A stretch of 63,369 nucleotides of DNA, the filler included, from a bacterium (GTDB lineage: Bacteria; JBBIVP01), in the NCBI GenBank assembly GCA_037439705.1. It is 11 parts of 11 records of this genome, joined end to end, with 100 filler letters (N's around TTAATTAATTAA, not from the genome) between each part and the next. Parts side by side here need not be neighbours in the genome. Positions count along the whole stretch, not along the records: positions 17,666 to 23,402 come from JBBIVP010000140.1; positions 23,503 to 29,235 come from JBBIVP010000141.1; positions 29,336 to 35,056 come from JBBIVP010000142.1; 8 more parts are not named here. One strand, given 5' to 3'. Below, piece by piece: positions 20,256 through 29,779 of this stretch. Both the position numbers and the translations under genes were made by a program. Position 1 is the first letter of the stretch. Each line of letters starts with the position of its first letter. Under the pieces are notes generated by a model. That model saw only the letters and a list, made by a program, of their open reading frames with translations. It was not told where the DNA came from and ran no database searches.

Positions 20256-21095
20256 ATGGAGGATTTAATAAAAAAGGCAGAGATTCTCATAGAGGCGCTT
20301 CCTTATATAAAGAAGTTCTATCAGAAAATTTTTGTTTTTAAATACGGCGGAAAGGTTAAAGAGAAGAAGGGTGATACATTTTGTGAGGACATTGTGCTCC
20401 TTCAGTATGTTGGGATAAAACCGGTTGTTGTTCACGGAGGTGGTCCTCAGATAAATAAGGTGCTTGAAAGACTCGGAATTGAGAGCCATTTTGAGAAAGG
20501 GATAAGGGTTACAGACGATGAAACAATGGAATGGGTTGAGGCTGTTCTTCAGGGGCAGATGAACAAGGAACTTGTTCGCGAGATTAACAAACTTGGTGGA
20601 AGGGCGATAGGGTTAAGCGGTTCTGATGGAAATCTCATAGTTGCGGAGAGGGTTAAGAATAAAAAACTCGGGAGGGTGGGTGAGGTTAAAAAAATAAATG
20701 TTGACCTGATAATCTCTGTTATGAATGCCGGATATATTCCTGTAATTTCACCTGTTGGAGTTGGGGAGGATGGAATATCTCTCAACATAAATGCTGATGT
20801 TGTATCCGCAGAAATTGCCATAAAACTTAAGGCTGAGAAATTCTTTCTTCTTACCGATGTTGATGGACTTCTTGATGAAAAGAAAAGACTTATCACATCA
20901 ATAAATGTTAAGGAAGCGAAGAAAATTGTAAAGAAAAAATTCGTTCAGGGAGGAATGATTCCGAAACTTCAGTGTTGTTCAAAGGCTGTGGAGGGCGGCG
21001 TTAAGAAGGCTCACATAATAAACGGAGGAATAGAACATGCTATCCTCCTTGAGATATTTACTGACAGAGGAATAGGAACGGAAATTATCCCGTAA
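20256..21095 (+). CDS. argB: acetylglutamate kinase
   Basis: EALPYI, KYGG, VHGGGPQI, NINAD, GGMIPK, EIFTDRGIGT. Confidence 0.96.
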   Translation: MEDLIKKAEILIEALPYIKKFYQKIFVFKYGGKVKEKKGDTFCEDIVLLQYVGIKPVVVHGGGPQINKVLERLGIESHFEKGIRVTDDETMEWVEAVLQGQMNKELVREINKLGGRAIGLSGSDGNLIVAERVKNKKLGRVGEVKKINVDLIISVMNAGYIPVISPVGVGEDGISLNINADVVSAEIAIKLKAEKFFLLTDVDGLLDEKKRLITSINVKEAKKIVKKKFVQGGMIPKLQCCSKAVEGGVKKAHIINGGIEHAILLEIFTDRGIGTEIIP

Positions 21096-21113
21096 ATAAA
21101 AGGAGGTAATGGA

Positions 21114-22301
21114 ATGAAAATGGAGGATGTAAAAGCGTTTAGTGAAAAATTTCTTTTTCCAAACTATAAAAGACTTGAGGTGGCATTTGCAAAAGGAAAA
21201 GGGGTTTACCTTTGGGACCTTGAAGGTAATAAATATATTGATTTTGTTGCTGGGATAGCGGTAAATTCTCTCGGGCACAGCCATCCAGCACTTGTAAAGG
21301 TGATTTCCAATCAGGCTAAGAACCTCATCCACGTCTCAAACCTTTATTACATAAAGGAACAGGCAGAACTTGCAAAGATGTTATCTGAAAACAGTTTCGG
21401 CGGAAAGGTCTTTTTCTGCAACAGCGGTGCGGAAAGCATTGAAACCGCTTTAAAACTTGTAAGGAGATTTTTCTGGGCAAAAAAGGAGAACAGGAAAAGA
21501 ATAGTTTCAATGGAAAACTCCTTTCACGGCAGAACCCTTGGAGCCCTTTCCCTTACAGGTCAGAAAAAATACCAGGAAGGATTTGACCCGCTTTTACCTG
21601 AAATAGTTCATATTCCTTTCGGAGAGGTTGATGCGGCAGAAGAAGTAATTAATTCTTCATGTGCCGGGGTTTTTGTTGAACCCGTTCAGGCTGAGGGCGG
21701 AATAATTTTTCCTCCGGATGGATATCTTAAAAAGTTGAAGGAACTCTGTCAGAAGGCAGGAGCACTTCTTGTTTTTGATGAGGTTCAAGTGGGAATTGGA
21801 AGGCTCGGTGAGCTCTTTGCATACAAAAGGTTCGGGGTTGAGCCGGATATTCTTACTCTTGCCAAGGGATTGGCAGGAGGAGTTCCAATAGGAGCAGTGA
21901 TAGCAAGAAGTGAGATTGCGGATGTATTTGTTCCGGGAACACATGCTTCCACATTTGGAGGAAATCCACTTGCCACATCTGCTGGAAAGGTTGTTGTTGA
22001 AGAGTTATTGAGCGGAGTTCTTGAAAATGTAAAAAAGGCTGAAGAGGTCTTCAGTAAAAAACTTCAAAAATTTCTCAAAAAGTATACTGAAATAGTTTAT
22101 TCCGTAAGGGGAATGGGGCTTATGTGGGGGATAGAATTGAAGATCCCAGGTGATGAAGTGGTGGTAAAGGCGTTAAAAAAGGGACTTATAATAAATGTAA
22201 TTCAGCAAAGAGTGTTGAGGCTCACTCCTCCGCTTATAATAAAAAAGAGGGAAATCCTTGAGGGCTTGAAAATTCTTGAGGAAGTATTTAAAGAGCTATG
22301 A
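21114..22301 (+). CDS. argD: acetylornithine aminotransferase
   Basis: NSGAE, SFHGRT, EPVQAEGG, DEVQ, AKGLAGG, HASTFGGNP; between argB and argF. Confidence 0.93.
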   Translation: MKMEDVKAFSEKFLFPNYKRLEVAFAKGKGVYLWDLEGNKYIDFVAGIAVNSLGHSHPALVKVISNQAKNLIHVSNLYYIKEQAELAKMLSENSFGGKVFFCNSGAESIETALKLVRRFFWAKKENRKRIVSMENSFHGRTLGALSLTGQKKYQEGFDPLLPEIVHIPFGEVDAAEEVINSSCAGVFVEPVQAEGGIIFPPDGYLKKLKELCQKAGALLVFDEVQVGIGRLGELFAYKRFGVEPDILTLAKGLAGGVPIGAVIARSEIADVFVPGTHASTFGGNPLATSAGKVVVEELLSGVLENVKKAEEVFSKKLQKFLKKYTEIVYSVRGMGLMWGIELKIPGDEVVVKALKKGLIINVIQQRVLRLTPPLIIKKREILEGLKILEEVFKEL

Positions 22302-23197
22302 AGCATTTTTTAAGAATAAGCGATTTAACTAAGGACGAGATAAAAGAATTTATAGATAGGGGAATTTACTACAAAAAAATGCGGGGAAATCCTCAGCATC
22401 CTAAACCCCTTCTTGGAAAGACGGTAGGACTTCTTTTTGATAAACCGTCCACAAGAACGAGGATTTCCTTAGAGGTGGGAATAATGGAACTCGGCGGAAG
22501 TTCTCTCTTTCTTCAGTCAGATTCCCTTCAGCTTTCAAGGGGTGAAGATGTTAGAGATACCGCTATGGTTTTTTCAAGATATCTACATGCTGTTGTGATA
22601 AGAACCGGTTCTCACAGATTTTTAGAGGAATTTGCAAGGGCTTCGTCAATTCCAGTAATAAATGGTCTTACCGATCTATTTCATCCTTTACAGATTCTTG
22701 CTGACCTCATGACAGTTAAGGAGTTCAAGGGAGATATTGAGAATCTAAAATTCGCTTTTGTAGGAGATGGAAATAACATAGCAAATACCTACATTGAGAC
22801 CGCATTGATTATGGGATTTGAATTAAGAATTGCCACTCCTCCAAAGTTTCGTCCTCTCAGAGAATTGATGGATAAATCAAATAAGGGGAGGATTTATTGG
22901 ACCTCTGTTCCAGAAGAAGCAGTGGCGGGTGCGGATGTTGTTATTATAGATGTATGGGTGAGCATGGGGCAGGAGAAAAATGAAAAGGATAAGGAGGAAT
23001 TCCGCAGGTTTCAGGTGAATTCTCAACTTCTTGAGAAAGCCTCTCCATCAGCAATTGTTCTTCATTGCCTTCCTGCTCATAAAGGCGAAGAGATTTCCGA
23101 AGAGGTTTTTGGAAAATTTGAAGATGTGATTTTTCAGGAGGCTGAAAACAGACTTCATACCCAGAAGGCAGTGCTTGAGAGATTTTTAACAGGGTGA
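22298..23197 (+). CDS. argF: ornithine carbamoyltransferase
   Basis: STRT, HPLQ, WVSMG, HCLPA, AENRLH. Confidence 0.95.
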   Translation: MKHFLRISDLTKDEIKEFIDRGIYYKKMRGNPQHPKPLLGKTVGLLFDKPSTRTRISLEVGIMELGGSSLFLQSDSLQLSRGEDVRDTAMVFSRYLHAVVIRTGSHRFLEEFARASSIPVINGLTDLFHPLQILADLMTVKEFKGDIENLKFAFVGDGNNIANTYIETALIMGFELRIATPPKFRPLRELMDKSNKGRIYWTSVPEEAVAGADVVIIDVWVSMGQEKNEKDKEEFRRFQVNSQLLEKASPSAIVLHCLPAHKGEEISEEVFGKFEDVIFQEAENRLHTQKAVLERFLTG

Positions 23198-23198
23198 G

Positions 23199-23402
23199 AT
23201 GGGAGATAAAAGCGAAATAGCAATAAGAATAGAGGGCATCTCAAAGAAATTTGGAGAGATTGAGGCGCTTAAAAACATTTCTTTTTTTGTTAAAAGGGGT
23301 GAATGTTTTGGTATTTTGGGACCAAATGGAGCGGGTAAAACAACGCTTCTCAACATACTTATGGGCTTTTCCATTCCGGACGGAGGGTTTTTTGAAATAA
23401 AC
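23199..23402 (+). CDS. ABC transporter ATP-binding protein, N-terminal fragment
   Basis: Walker A GPNGAGKTT; cut by contig end. Confidence 0.85.
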
Positions 23403-23502
23403 NNNNNNNNNNNNNNNNNNNNNNNNNNNNNNNNNNNNNNNNNNNNTTAATTAATTAANNNNNNNNNNNNNNNNNNNNNNNNNNNNNNNNNNNNNNNNNN
23501 NN
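23403..23502. other. artificial contig linker
   Basis: N44-TTAATTAATTAA-N44. Confidence 0.98.
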
Positions 23503-23503
23503 T

Positions 23504-23854
23504 GGAGGTGCGCTTGCCATAAGCGTTGCTGACAGGATATACATGCTGAAATATGCGATCTACTCTGTAATCTCTCCTGAGGGATGTTCATCTATTCTGT
23601 GGAGAACTTCCGAAAAAGCACCTGAGGCAGCAAAGGCCTTAAAACTTACTGCAGAAAACCTTCTTTCATTCGGCCTTATAGACGGAATAATTGAGGAACC
23701 TCCAGGTGGAGCCCACAGGTATCCCGAAAAAACAATCTCCAATGTTAAAGAATTGCTCATCTCTGTATTAAATGAATTTGAAAACATTCCTCTGGAAGAA
23801 CTAATGAAGAAGAGGTATAACAAATACAGAAATATAGAAGCGAAAAAAGAATAA
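23504..23854 (+). CDS. accA: acetyl-CoA carboxylase carboxyltransferase alpha, C-terminal part
   Basis: [32 protein letters not shown]. Confidence 0.93.
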   Translation, partial: GGALAISVADRIYMLKYAIYSVISPEGCSSILWRTSEKAPEAAKALKLTAENLLSFGLIDGIIEEPPGGAHRYPEKTISNVKELLISVLNEFENIPLEELMKKRYNKYRNIEAKKE

Positions 23855-23952
23855 AAGGAAAAGAAGAAAATTAGTGCATGTTTGCCAAAAATTATGAAAG
23901 TGGTAAAATATAATCATGTTTATGGAAAAATTAAATCAGCGATGGGCAGGAA

Positions 23953-25302
23953 ATGGCTGAATATAAGGGATTTTTTCAGCTATCGGAAACCGGCAATTCA
24001 TATCTCCTTCTCTGTGAGCAAAAACTTAAAGTTCTAAAAGTAATTGATATAACAGTTTTTGGTGAGAATCCGGTTGAAAAATGCGCGGAGACCATAAACA
24101 ATTTTTTGAGTTCAAGTGGGATTCCAAATGATGATTTTTCATTAAGCATAACCATACCCCCTGAAGGATTTTCATATAGATATTTTGTCCTTCCGCAACT
24201 CAAAGGAAAAAAACTGGAGGATGTGGTAAGGTTTGAGTGGATGAGGCAGTTTCCATTTAATGAAGGGGATGCAGAGATAAAATTTGTGCCCGTGTTTAAA
24301 AAAGAAAAAACATTCGTTTCAGGCTTTCTTGTTAAGAAAGAGTTCATTGAAAAAATTACAACGCCTTTTCTTCAGCGAAAAATCTACATTGAGTCAATAG
24401 TTCCTGAATCCTACACCCTTTTTACCTTCTTTCCGTTTCCTCTGGTGATTGTCGGGTTAAACAGCAACAGAACTTCCAGCATCTCCATAATAGGAGAAAA
24501 GGAAACCACAATTTTAACATTTTGTGGAAGCGAAAAATCCCTGATAAGGTCATTCTTAAGGATTTATCGCTCAAAATGGGGAGAATTGCCGGATAGAGTT
24601 TTTGTTTATGGAGAAGACAACAATGTTTCTGAAATCCTGGAGGAATTTGGTTTGAAACTTCTTACCTATACCATGCCCGATTACATAGAGTTTAACCAGC
24701 CTCTCAACTTAGAGGAACAGAAGAAAATTCTTCCCGCTATAGGGCTTGCTGGAATTGTAATAAATGGTCTGGAACATCCCGAATTTTCTAAACCCGAATT
24801 TAAATCACCGCTGAAGATGAGGAACATAAACACCATCTATTTATCCACTTGCATTGCAGGTGTCGTTTTTCTTATAATTTTTACAATTTCCTCATTCCTT
24901 CACTTTTACCATTACAAAAAGGAATATCAGAAAACCTCTTCTGAAATAACAGCGATTTTTAAAAAATCCTTTCCCGATGTTGAGAATGTGGTTGACCCCT
25001 TGACCCAGATGAAAGAAAAGTTGACCCTTCTAAGAGCACGTGGAAAAACTGGAAAAGGAAAGCTTATTGAGTTCATAAAAGCTTTAAAAGAAGATGCTTC
25101 ATCTGCTGGAGATGTAAAAATCACAGAGATGCTTTTTGAGGGAGGAAAGATAATACTGAAGGGACAGACTTTCAGCATTTCCTCTATAGATTCGTTTGAG
25201 AAAAAACTCAGGGAGAGGAAATTCAGGGAGGTAAGACTCACGAAAACCCAGAAGAGTTTGAAGGAAGAAATGTATGAGTTTGAGATGAGCGTGGAGCAGT
25301 AG
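23953..25302 (+). CDS. gspL: type II secretion system GspL-like protein
   Basis: Cytoplasmic domain, one TM, FPDVENVVDPLTQM periplasmic motif, PilN-like C-terminus; first of three coupled genes. Confidence 0.7.
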   Translation: MAEYKGFFQLSETGNSYLLLCEQKLKVLKVIDITVFGENPVEKCAETINNFLSSSGIPNDDFSLSITIPPEGFSYRYFVLPQLKGKKLEDVVRFEWMRQFPFNEGDAEIKFVPVFKKEKTFVSGFLVKKEFIEKITTPFLQRKIYIESIVPESYTLFTFFPFPLVIVGLNSNRTSSISIIGEKETTILTFCGSEKSLIRSFLRIYRSKWGELPDRVFVYGEDNNVSEILEEFGLKLLTYTMPDYIEFNQPLNLEEQKKILPAIGLAGIVINGLEHPEFSKPEFKSPLKMRNINTIYLSTCIAGVVFLIIFTISSFLHFYHYKKEYQKTSSEITAIFKKSFPDVENVVDPLTQMKEKLTLLRARGKTGKGKLIEFIKALKEDASSAGDVKITEMLFEGGKIILKGQTFSISSIDSFEKKLRERKFREVRLTKTQKSLKEEMYEFEMSVEQ

Positions 25303-25794
25303 ATGGAAATGGATAAAAAGAAATTGCTTCTCATTGGTGGTTCTGTGTTTTTCCTTGTGGTTCTCTTAACAAACATAATACTCCGGAGCAAAATCTCAAT
25401 ATACAAAAGTCTATACGCTCGCTCCATGGAGGATTTGAATACGATGAAAATTCTTGCAAAAGAAGCCGAAGAACTCGGAGGTTTTTACGAAGAAGGTTTT
25501 CTTCCTCCGGATGTTTCCCTTTTTTCTTACATTGAGGAAGTAGCAAGGAATTCTGATATAGTTCTGGAATCAATAACTCCACTTTCAACTGAAGAAAAGG
25601 GTTCGGTGAGAAGTATTTCGGTTTCCATAAGTGCCAAGGATATTTCTCCAGATTTGCTTGTGAGATTTCTTTATGGACTGGAATATGATTCACCATATAT
25701 TTTGAAAATTGAAAGATGTCAGATTAAAACATCCTTCAGAGATAGAACGAAACTTGATTTGAAAACGGACATTTCTGGAATTCAAAAGAAATGA
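25303..25794 (+). CDS. gspM: type II secretion system GspM-like protein
   Basis: N-terminal TM, SLFSYIEEVA, LVRFLYGLE; position after gspL. Confidence 0.65.
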   Translation: MEMDKKKLLLIGGSVFFLVVLLTNIILRSKISIYKSLYARSMEDLNTMKILAKEAEELGGFYEEGFLPPDVSLFSYIEEVARNSDIVLESITPLSTEEKGSVRSISVSISAKDISPDLLVRFLYGLEYDSPYILKIERCQIKTSFRDRTKLDLKTDISGIQKK

Positions 25795-26699
25795 AAAAGA
25801 TAACAGAAATTTTATTGCTCCTGAAGAATTTCTTTGTAGAGTTTCCGTTCAAAAAATACTGGGTGATCGGTATTTCCGTCTTTCTCTTTCTTTTTTCCAC
25901 GCTCTTATCATTTTACAGAAATTTTCCGCCGGAACCAATTATAAGAGGCGCAAACGATGCCCTCTCACCTTTCGGAATAGAGATATCGTCGGAGGAAGTG
26001 AGGATTTACTTTCCTTTCAAACTCAAACTCATTTCTCCCGCAATATATTACAAAAATAAAAAATTCATTTCCCCGAAAGAGATAATAATAAGAATTTATC
26101 CATTGAAATACCTTTTTGGAAAGAAAAGTGCAAGGGCGAAGATAAGTACAGAAGAGGGATTTGCAGAACTAAAATTTACCCTTTCAAAAAAATTTTTTGA
26201 TTTCAAAACGAGAGGAAAAAACTTTAAGTACGAAGGTGAGGTTGAGATGCCCTTCTATCAATTTTCTTTCAGCCTCTTTCTCAACGGCGAGATTAAGGGA
26301 AGAATAAACACGGAAGATATATCCGCCTCTGACATTACAGGAAATCTGGAGATAAAGGATTTTGTCCTGAAAAAACTTTCCTTCGGGATAGCAGAAATAA
26401 ATGATATAAAAATAGGAGACATTGCTTCCAAACTTTCCATGAAGAACGGAACCCTTTCGTTAGCCGATGTTTCGTTTAAAAGTTCTGATCTGGAAGGGAC
26501 TGTAAACCTTGAAGTGGTTCTGAGCAGAAAGTTGACCCTTTCAAGGCTGAGAGGAAATCTTTCTGTGAAACTCGGGTTTCGTCTGAGACAGATGCTCGAA
26601 GGCATGAACCTTCCTGTTCAAACCTTTCTCAAGGATGGCAACAGAATTGATTTGAAAATAGGAGGAACTGCTGGAAATCCATCTTTCTCCCTTATGTGA
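25791..26699 (+). CDS. gspN: type II secretion system GspN-like protein
   Basis: N-terminal TM followed by FP, beta-rich body, C-terminal IGGTAGNP; position after gspM. Confidence 0.65.
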   Translation: MKKITEILLLLKNFFVEFPFKKYWVIGISVFLFLFSTLLSFYRNFPPEPIIRGANDALSPFGIEISSEEVRIYFPFKLKLISPAIYYKNKKFISPKEIIIRIYPLKYLFGKKSARAKISTEEGFAELKFTLSKKFFDFKTRGKNFKYEGEVEMPFYQFSFSLFLNGEIKGRINTEDISASDITGNLEIKDFVLKKLSFGIAEINDIKIGDIASKLSMKNGTLSLADVSFKSSDLEGTVNLEVVLSRKLTLSRLRGNLSVKLGFRLRQMLEGMNLPVQTFLKDGNRIDLKIGGTAGNPSFSLM

Positions 26700-26725
26700 T
26701 TAATTATTGGTTTTGGGTCAGAGCC

Positions 26726-26803
26726 TTTTCATTCAATTTTATTCCTTTTAACTCAAATCCCCAATCCCTTTCCCCCTGGTAACAATGTCTGTGATCTTTT
26801 ACA
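26726..26803. repeat. dispersed intergenic repeat family A, copy 2 (inverted relative to 1423-1496)
   Basis: 44/50 identity in the core to copy 1. Confidence 0.75.
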
Positions 26804-26930
26804 ATTTCTGCCTCTCTTTACCCCCTTTTAATTTTTTTCTTTAGAGTAAGGGATGATTTTCATTATTTTCATTATTTTTGAGGAACGCCGAGAGTTGGAA
26901 AATGAGGGAGGTTTATATTGTTATTAAATT

Positions 26931-29072
26931 GTGATGAAAATTTTTCTCTTTTTATTTTTCACCTTTGTGTCTGGAAACCTTGACCCCGCATTAAAATCCA
27001 TGAGAATTCCTGCTTTATCTCCTCCGGCTGACCTGAGGTTTGACATTTTTGTCCTTACAGATGGAAGCAACCTTCAATTGGTCAGAGGAAAAAAAATTTC
27101 TCAAAAATTTCCAGTTTTTTATGCCCGTGCCACCCCGGACGAGATAGAAAGCCTTTCAAAAAATGAGCACATAAAGTTCATTCATTTAACGAGGTTTCTC
27201 TCTCCTCAACTGGATGTGAGTTCAAAGGTTTCAGGATTTACTGATCTTTTGAACAGGTATCCATCCCTTTTATCCGGAGAAGGAAGAGGAGTAATTGTAG
27301 GAGCGATTGATACTGGAATTGACCTTTATCACCAGGATTTTATTAACGAAGACGGAAGCACAAAGATAGCCTTTCTCTGGGACCAGACAATTGATAAGAA
27401 TCCTCCTTCCGGCTTTGATTACGGAAACGAGTGTTCAGCGTATGAGATAAACAGAAAAATCTGTGAGGTTTCAGACCCTTCTTCTCACGGAACGCACATT
27501 TCAGGGATAATAATTAGCGAAAATGAAAAATACAGGGGTCTTGCAAAAGATTGCGTTTTTGTGTTTGTGAAGACGGATTACAATGAGGTGAGGGTTATAG
27601 ATGGAATAAAATATGTATTCGGGATAGCGGAGAAATTCAATCTTCCTGCGGTGGTAAATCTGAGCCTTGGCGGGCATGTTGGACCTCACGATGGAACATC
27701 CATTCTTGAAGAAACAATTACCTCCATGACAGGCTCAGGAAGAGTTATAGTTTCCTCGGCAGGAAATGATGGTGGAAAGGAGATACATATAGGATATGAT
27801 GTGCCAGTTACATCGGGAGTAATTCTTACAGTTCCGGCATTTTTGGGACTCAGAGGAAACGCAATCCTTGAGGTATGGTATGAAAAGGACGATGCGCTTG
27901 AATTTCTTGTGGGGATAATTGATAAAAATTTCACAGAGGTAATAACATCCACCGGATGGATACCTCCTGGGAGGGAAATGAGAGTAAATCTTGAAAATTA
28001 TGGAAGTGTCTTCATCGATACAACGGTTACATCCTATCCTTTATCTGGAAAAAGGTATGTGTATGTGGAAATTTCTAATTCAACAGGGCTGTTACCATTT
28101 GTAATCCTTCAGCGTCATTCTGCTGAAGACAGGGATGGAAGCGTGATTCACGGGTGGTTGAATTCTCTGATGGGAAAATTTGAAAATATTGATGATTTAA
28201 GGGAAGTGAAAATAAACGGAAAAGTAGAAAAAGTTCAGCTCAGGAAGGCTGACAATTTGCACACAGTTATGGTTCCATCTACCGCAAAGAATGTTCTTTC
28301 TGTTGGTTCCTATGTTTCAAGGGTTTCGTGGGAATACGATGATGGAAAGGTCTATGAAGAAAGTTTAACTGTTGGCATCAGATCCTCATTTTCAGGGGTT
28401 GGACCTTCCCTCAATCCTTCAGCAGGAATAAAACCGCTCATAAATGCACCGGGTCAATGGGTTATTTCCTCCATGCCCAAAGGGACCGGAGCACCTTCCT
28501 ATATGATTGCACCGGATGGTCTTCATTATGCCATTGATGGGACGAGCATTTCTGCACCCCATTTAACTGCAGGTGTTGCCCTCCTTCTTCAGAAAAATCC
28601 ATATCTCAAACCCGAGGAGATTGAAAGAATTATTTGCGATTCTGCAAAAAGGGACGAGTTTACTGGAAATGAAATAAACGAAATGTGGGGATGTGGAAAG
28701 TTTGATATACTCACTGCCTATGAAATGGTGGAAGGGGTCGAAAGAGAAAAAAAATCGCCTGAATTTCTTTTCGCAAAAAGGGATGGAAGTGGAATAATTT
28801 TAGCAACAAGTGGGCTTTCAAGGATTGAGATTTCTTATGGTGGGAAAAAATGGACAGATATGAGTTATTCAGAAAAACATTATATAGAGGATAATGGAGA
28901 AATATCGGGCAAGGTTTACCTTCTGCTTGAGTCTCCAGATGGAGGAAAAAAAGAGGTGATTGTGAGTATAGGTGTGGATGGATGCGGCTGTTCTGAAGGG
29001 GGTGCAGGAGGATTTCTGCCTTTTCTTTATGTTTATTTTCTGTTTTTTATTAAAAAAGTGAGGAGACAATGA
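26931..29072 (+). CDS. secreted S8 (subtilisin-like) serine peptidase with C-terminal Cys/TM sorting tag
   Basis: Catalytic triad IDTGID, HGTH, GTSISAP; ends DGCGCSEGGAGG-FLPFLYVYFLFFI-KKVRRQ. Confidence 0.9.
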   Translation: MMKIFLFLFFTFVSGNLDPALKSMRIPALSPPADLRFDIFVLTDGSNLQLVRGKKISQKFPVFYARATPDEIESLSKNEHIKFIHLTRFLSPQLDVSSKVSGFTDLLNRYPSLLSGEGRGVIVGAIDTGIDLYHQDFINEDGSTKIAFLWDQTIDKNPPSGFDYGNECSAYEINRKICEVSDPSSHGTHISGIIISENEKYRGLAKDCVFVFVKTDYNEVRVIDGIKYVFGIAEKFNLPAVVNLSLGGHVGPHDGTSILEETITSMTGSGRVIVSSAGNDGGKEIHIGYDVPVTSGVILTVPAFLGLRGNAILEVWYEKDDALEFLVGIIDKNFTEVITSTGWIPPGREMRVNLENYGSVFIDTTVTSYPLSGKRYVYVEISNSTGLLPFVILQRHSAEDRDGSVIHGWLNSLMGKFENIDDLREVKINGKVEKVQLRKADNLHTVMVPSTAKNVLSVGSYVSRVSWEYDDGKVYEESLTVGIRSSFSGVGPSLNPSAGIKPLINAPGQWVISSMPKGTGAPSYMIAPDGLHYAIDGTSISAPHLTAGVALLLQKNPYLKPEEIERIICDSAKRDEFTGNEINEMWGCGKFDILTAYEMVEGVEREKKSPEFLFAKRDGSGIILATSGLSRIEISYGGKKWTDMSYSEKHYIEDNGEISGKVYLLLESPDGGKKEVIVSIGVDGCGCSEGGAGGFLPFLYVYFLFFIKKVRRQ

Positions 29073-29235
29073 CAGAGGGAGCGAAATGGATTGAGGGTTT
29101 GAGGTCTGAAGAAATTCCGGAGAGGGTTGTAAAGAAAGCAAAACTGCAGGTTCTTTCTGTTATTTCAGCAGGAATCAGCGGATATTCACATGTAAAAGGA
29201 ATTCTTGATAAATTTCCCGTAAGGAAAGGAGATTG
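29069..29235 (+). CDS. MmgE/PrpD family protein, N-terminal fragment
   Basis: WIEGLRSEEIPERVVKKAKLQVL resembles the MmgE/PrpD N-terminus; cut by contig end. Confidence 0.55.
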
Positions 29236-29335
29236 NNNNNNNNNNNNNNNNNNNNNNNNNNNNNNNNNNNNNNNNNNNNTTAATTAATTAANNNNNNNNN
29301 NNNNNNNNNNNNNNNNNNNNNNNNNNNNNNNNNNN
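29236..29335. other. artificial contig linker
   Basis: N44-TTAATTAATTAA-N44. Confidence 0.98.
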
Positions 29336-29691
29336 GGTTTCTCCTTCGCAGGAATAAAAACCCTGTCCTTTGGATATTTTTTCATATATTCGCTTATTCC
29401 ATCTCCTATCTCGCCCATCATAACCTTAACGCCGTATTTTGGGAGTTTTTTCCAGAAAATTTTTGTGCAGTTTGGAGGTGAGAAGACTGCCTTTTCAAGT
29501 GGTTTTCCCACTTTTCTCGCATCTATATCAAAAGCAGCAACAACCTCTATATTATCTGGGTAATAACCTCCCAATTCATAATGCATAAGCCCAATTCCCT
29601 TCTCTTTATAATACCTGTAGTATTCTATGCCCTGAAGGAGGGCAGATGCACAATTTCCAACACCAACAATTGCAATTTTTATGCGCGCCAT
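29336..29691 (-). CDS. ino1: myo-inositol-1-phosphate synthase, N-terminal fragment
   Basis: IAIVGVGNCASALLQGIEYY, GLMH, VAAFDIDARKVG. Confidence 0.9.
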
Positions 29692-29779
29692 CTCATCCTC
29701 CTTTTAGTGTATAATAATTAAGTAGATTTTTAACTTTTTTTTTCTAAAAATCAATAAAAATTTACATCTTAAAGTTTTG

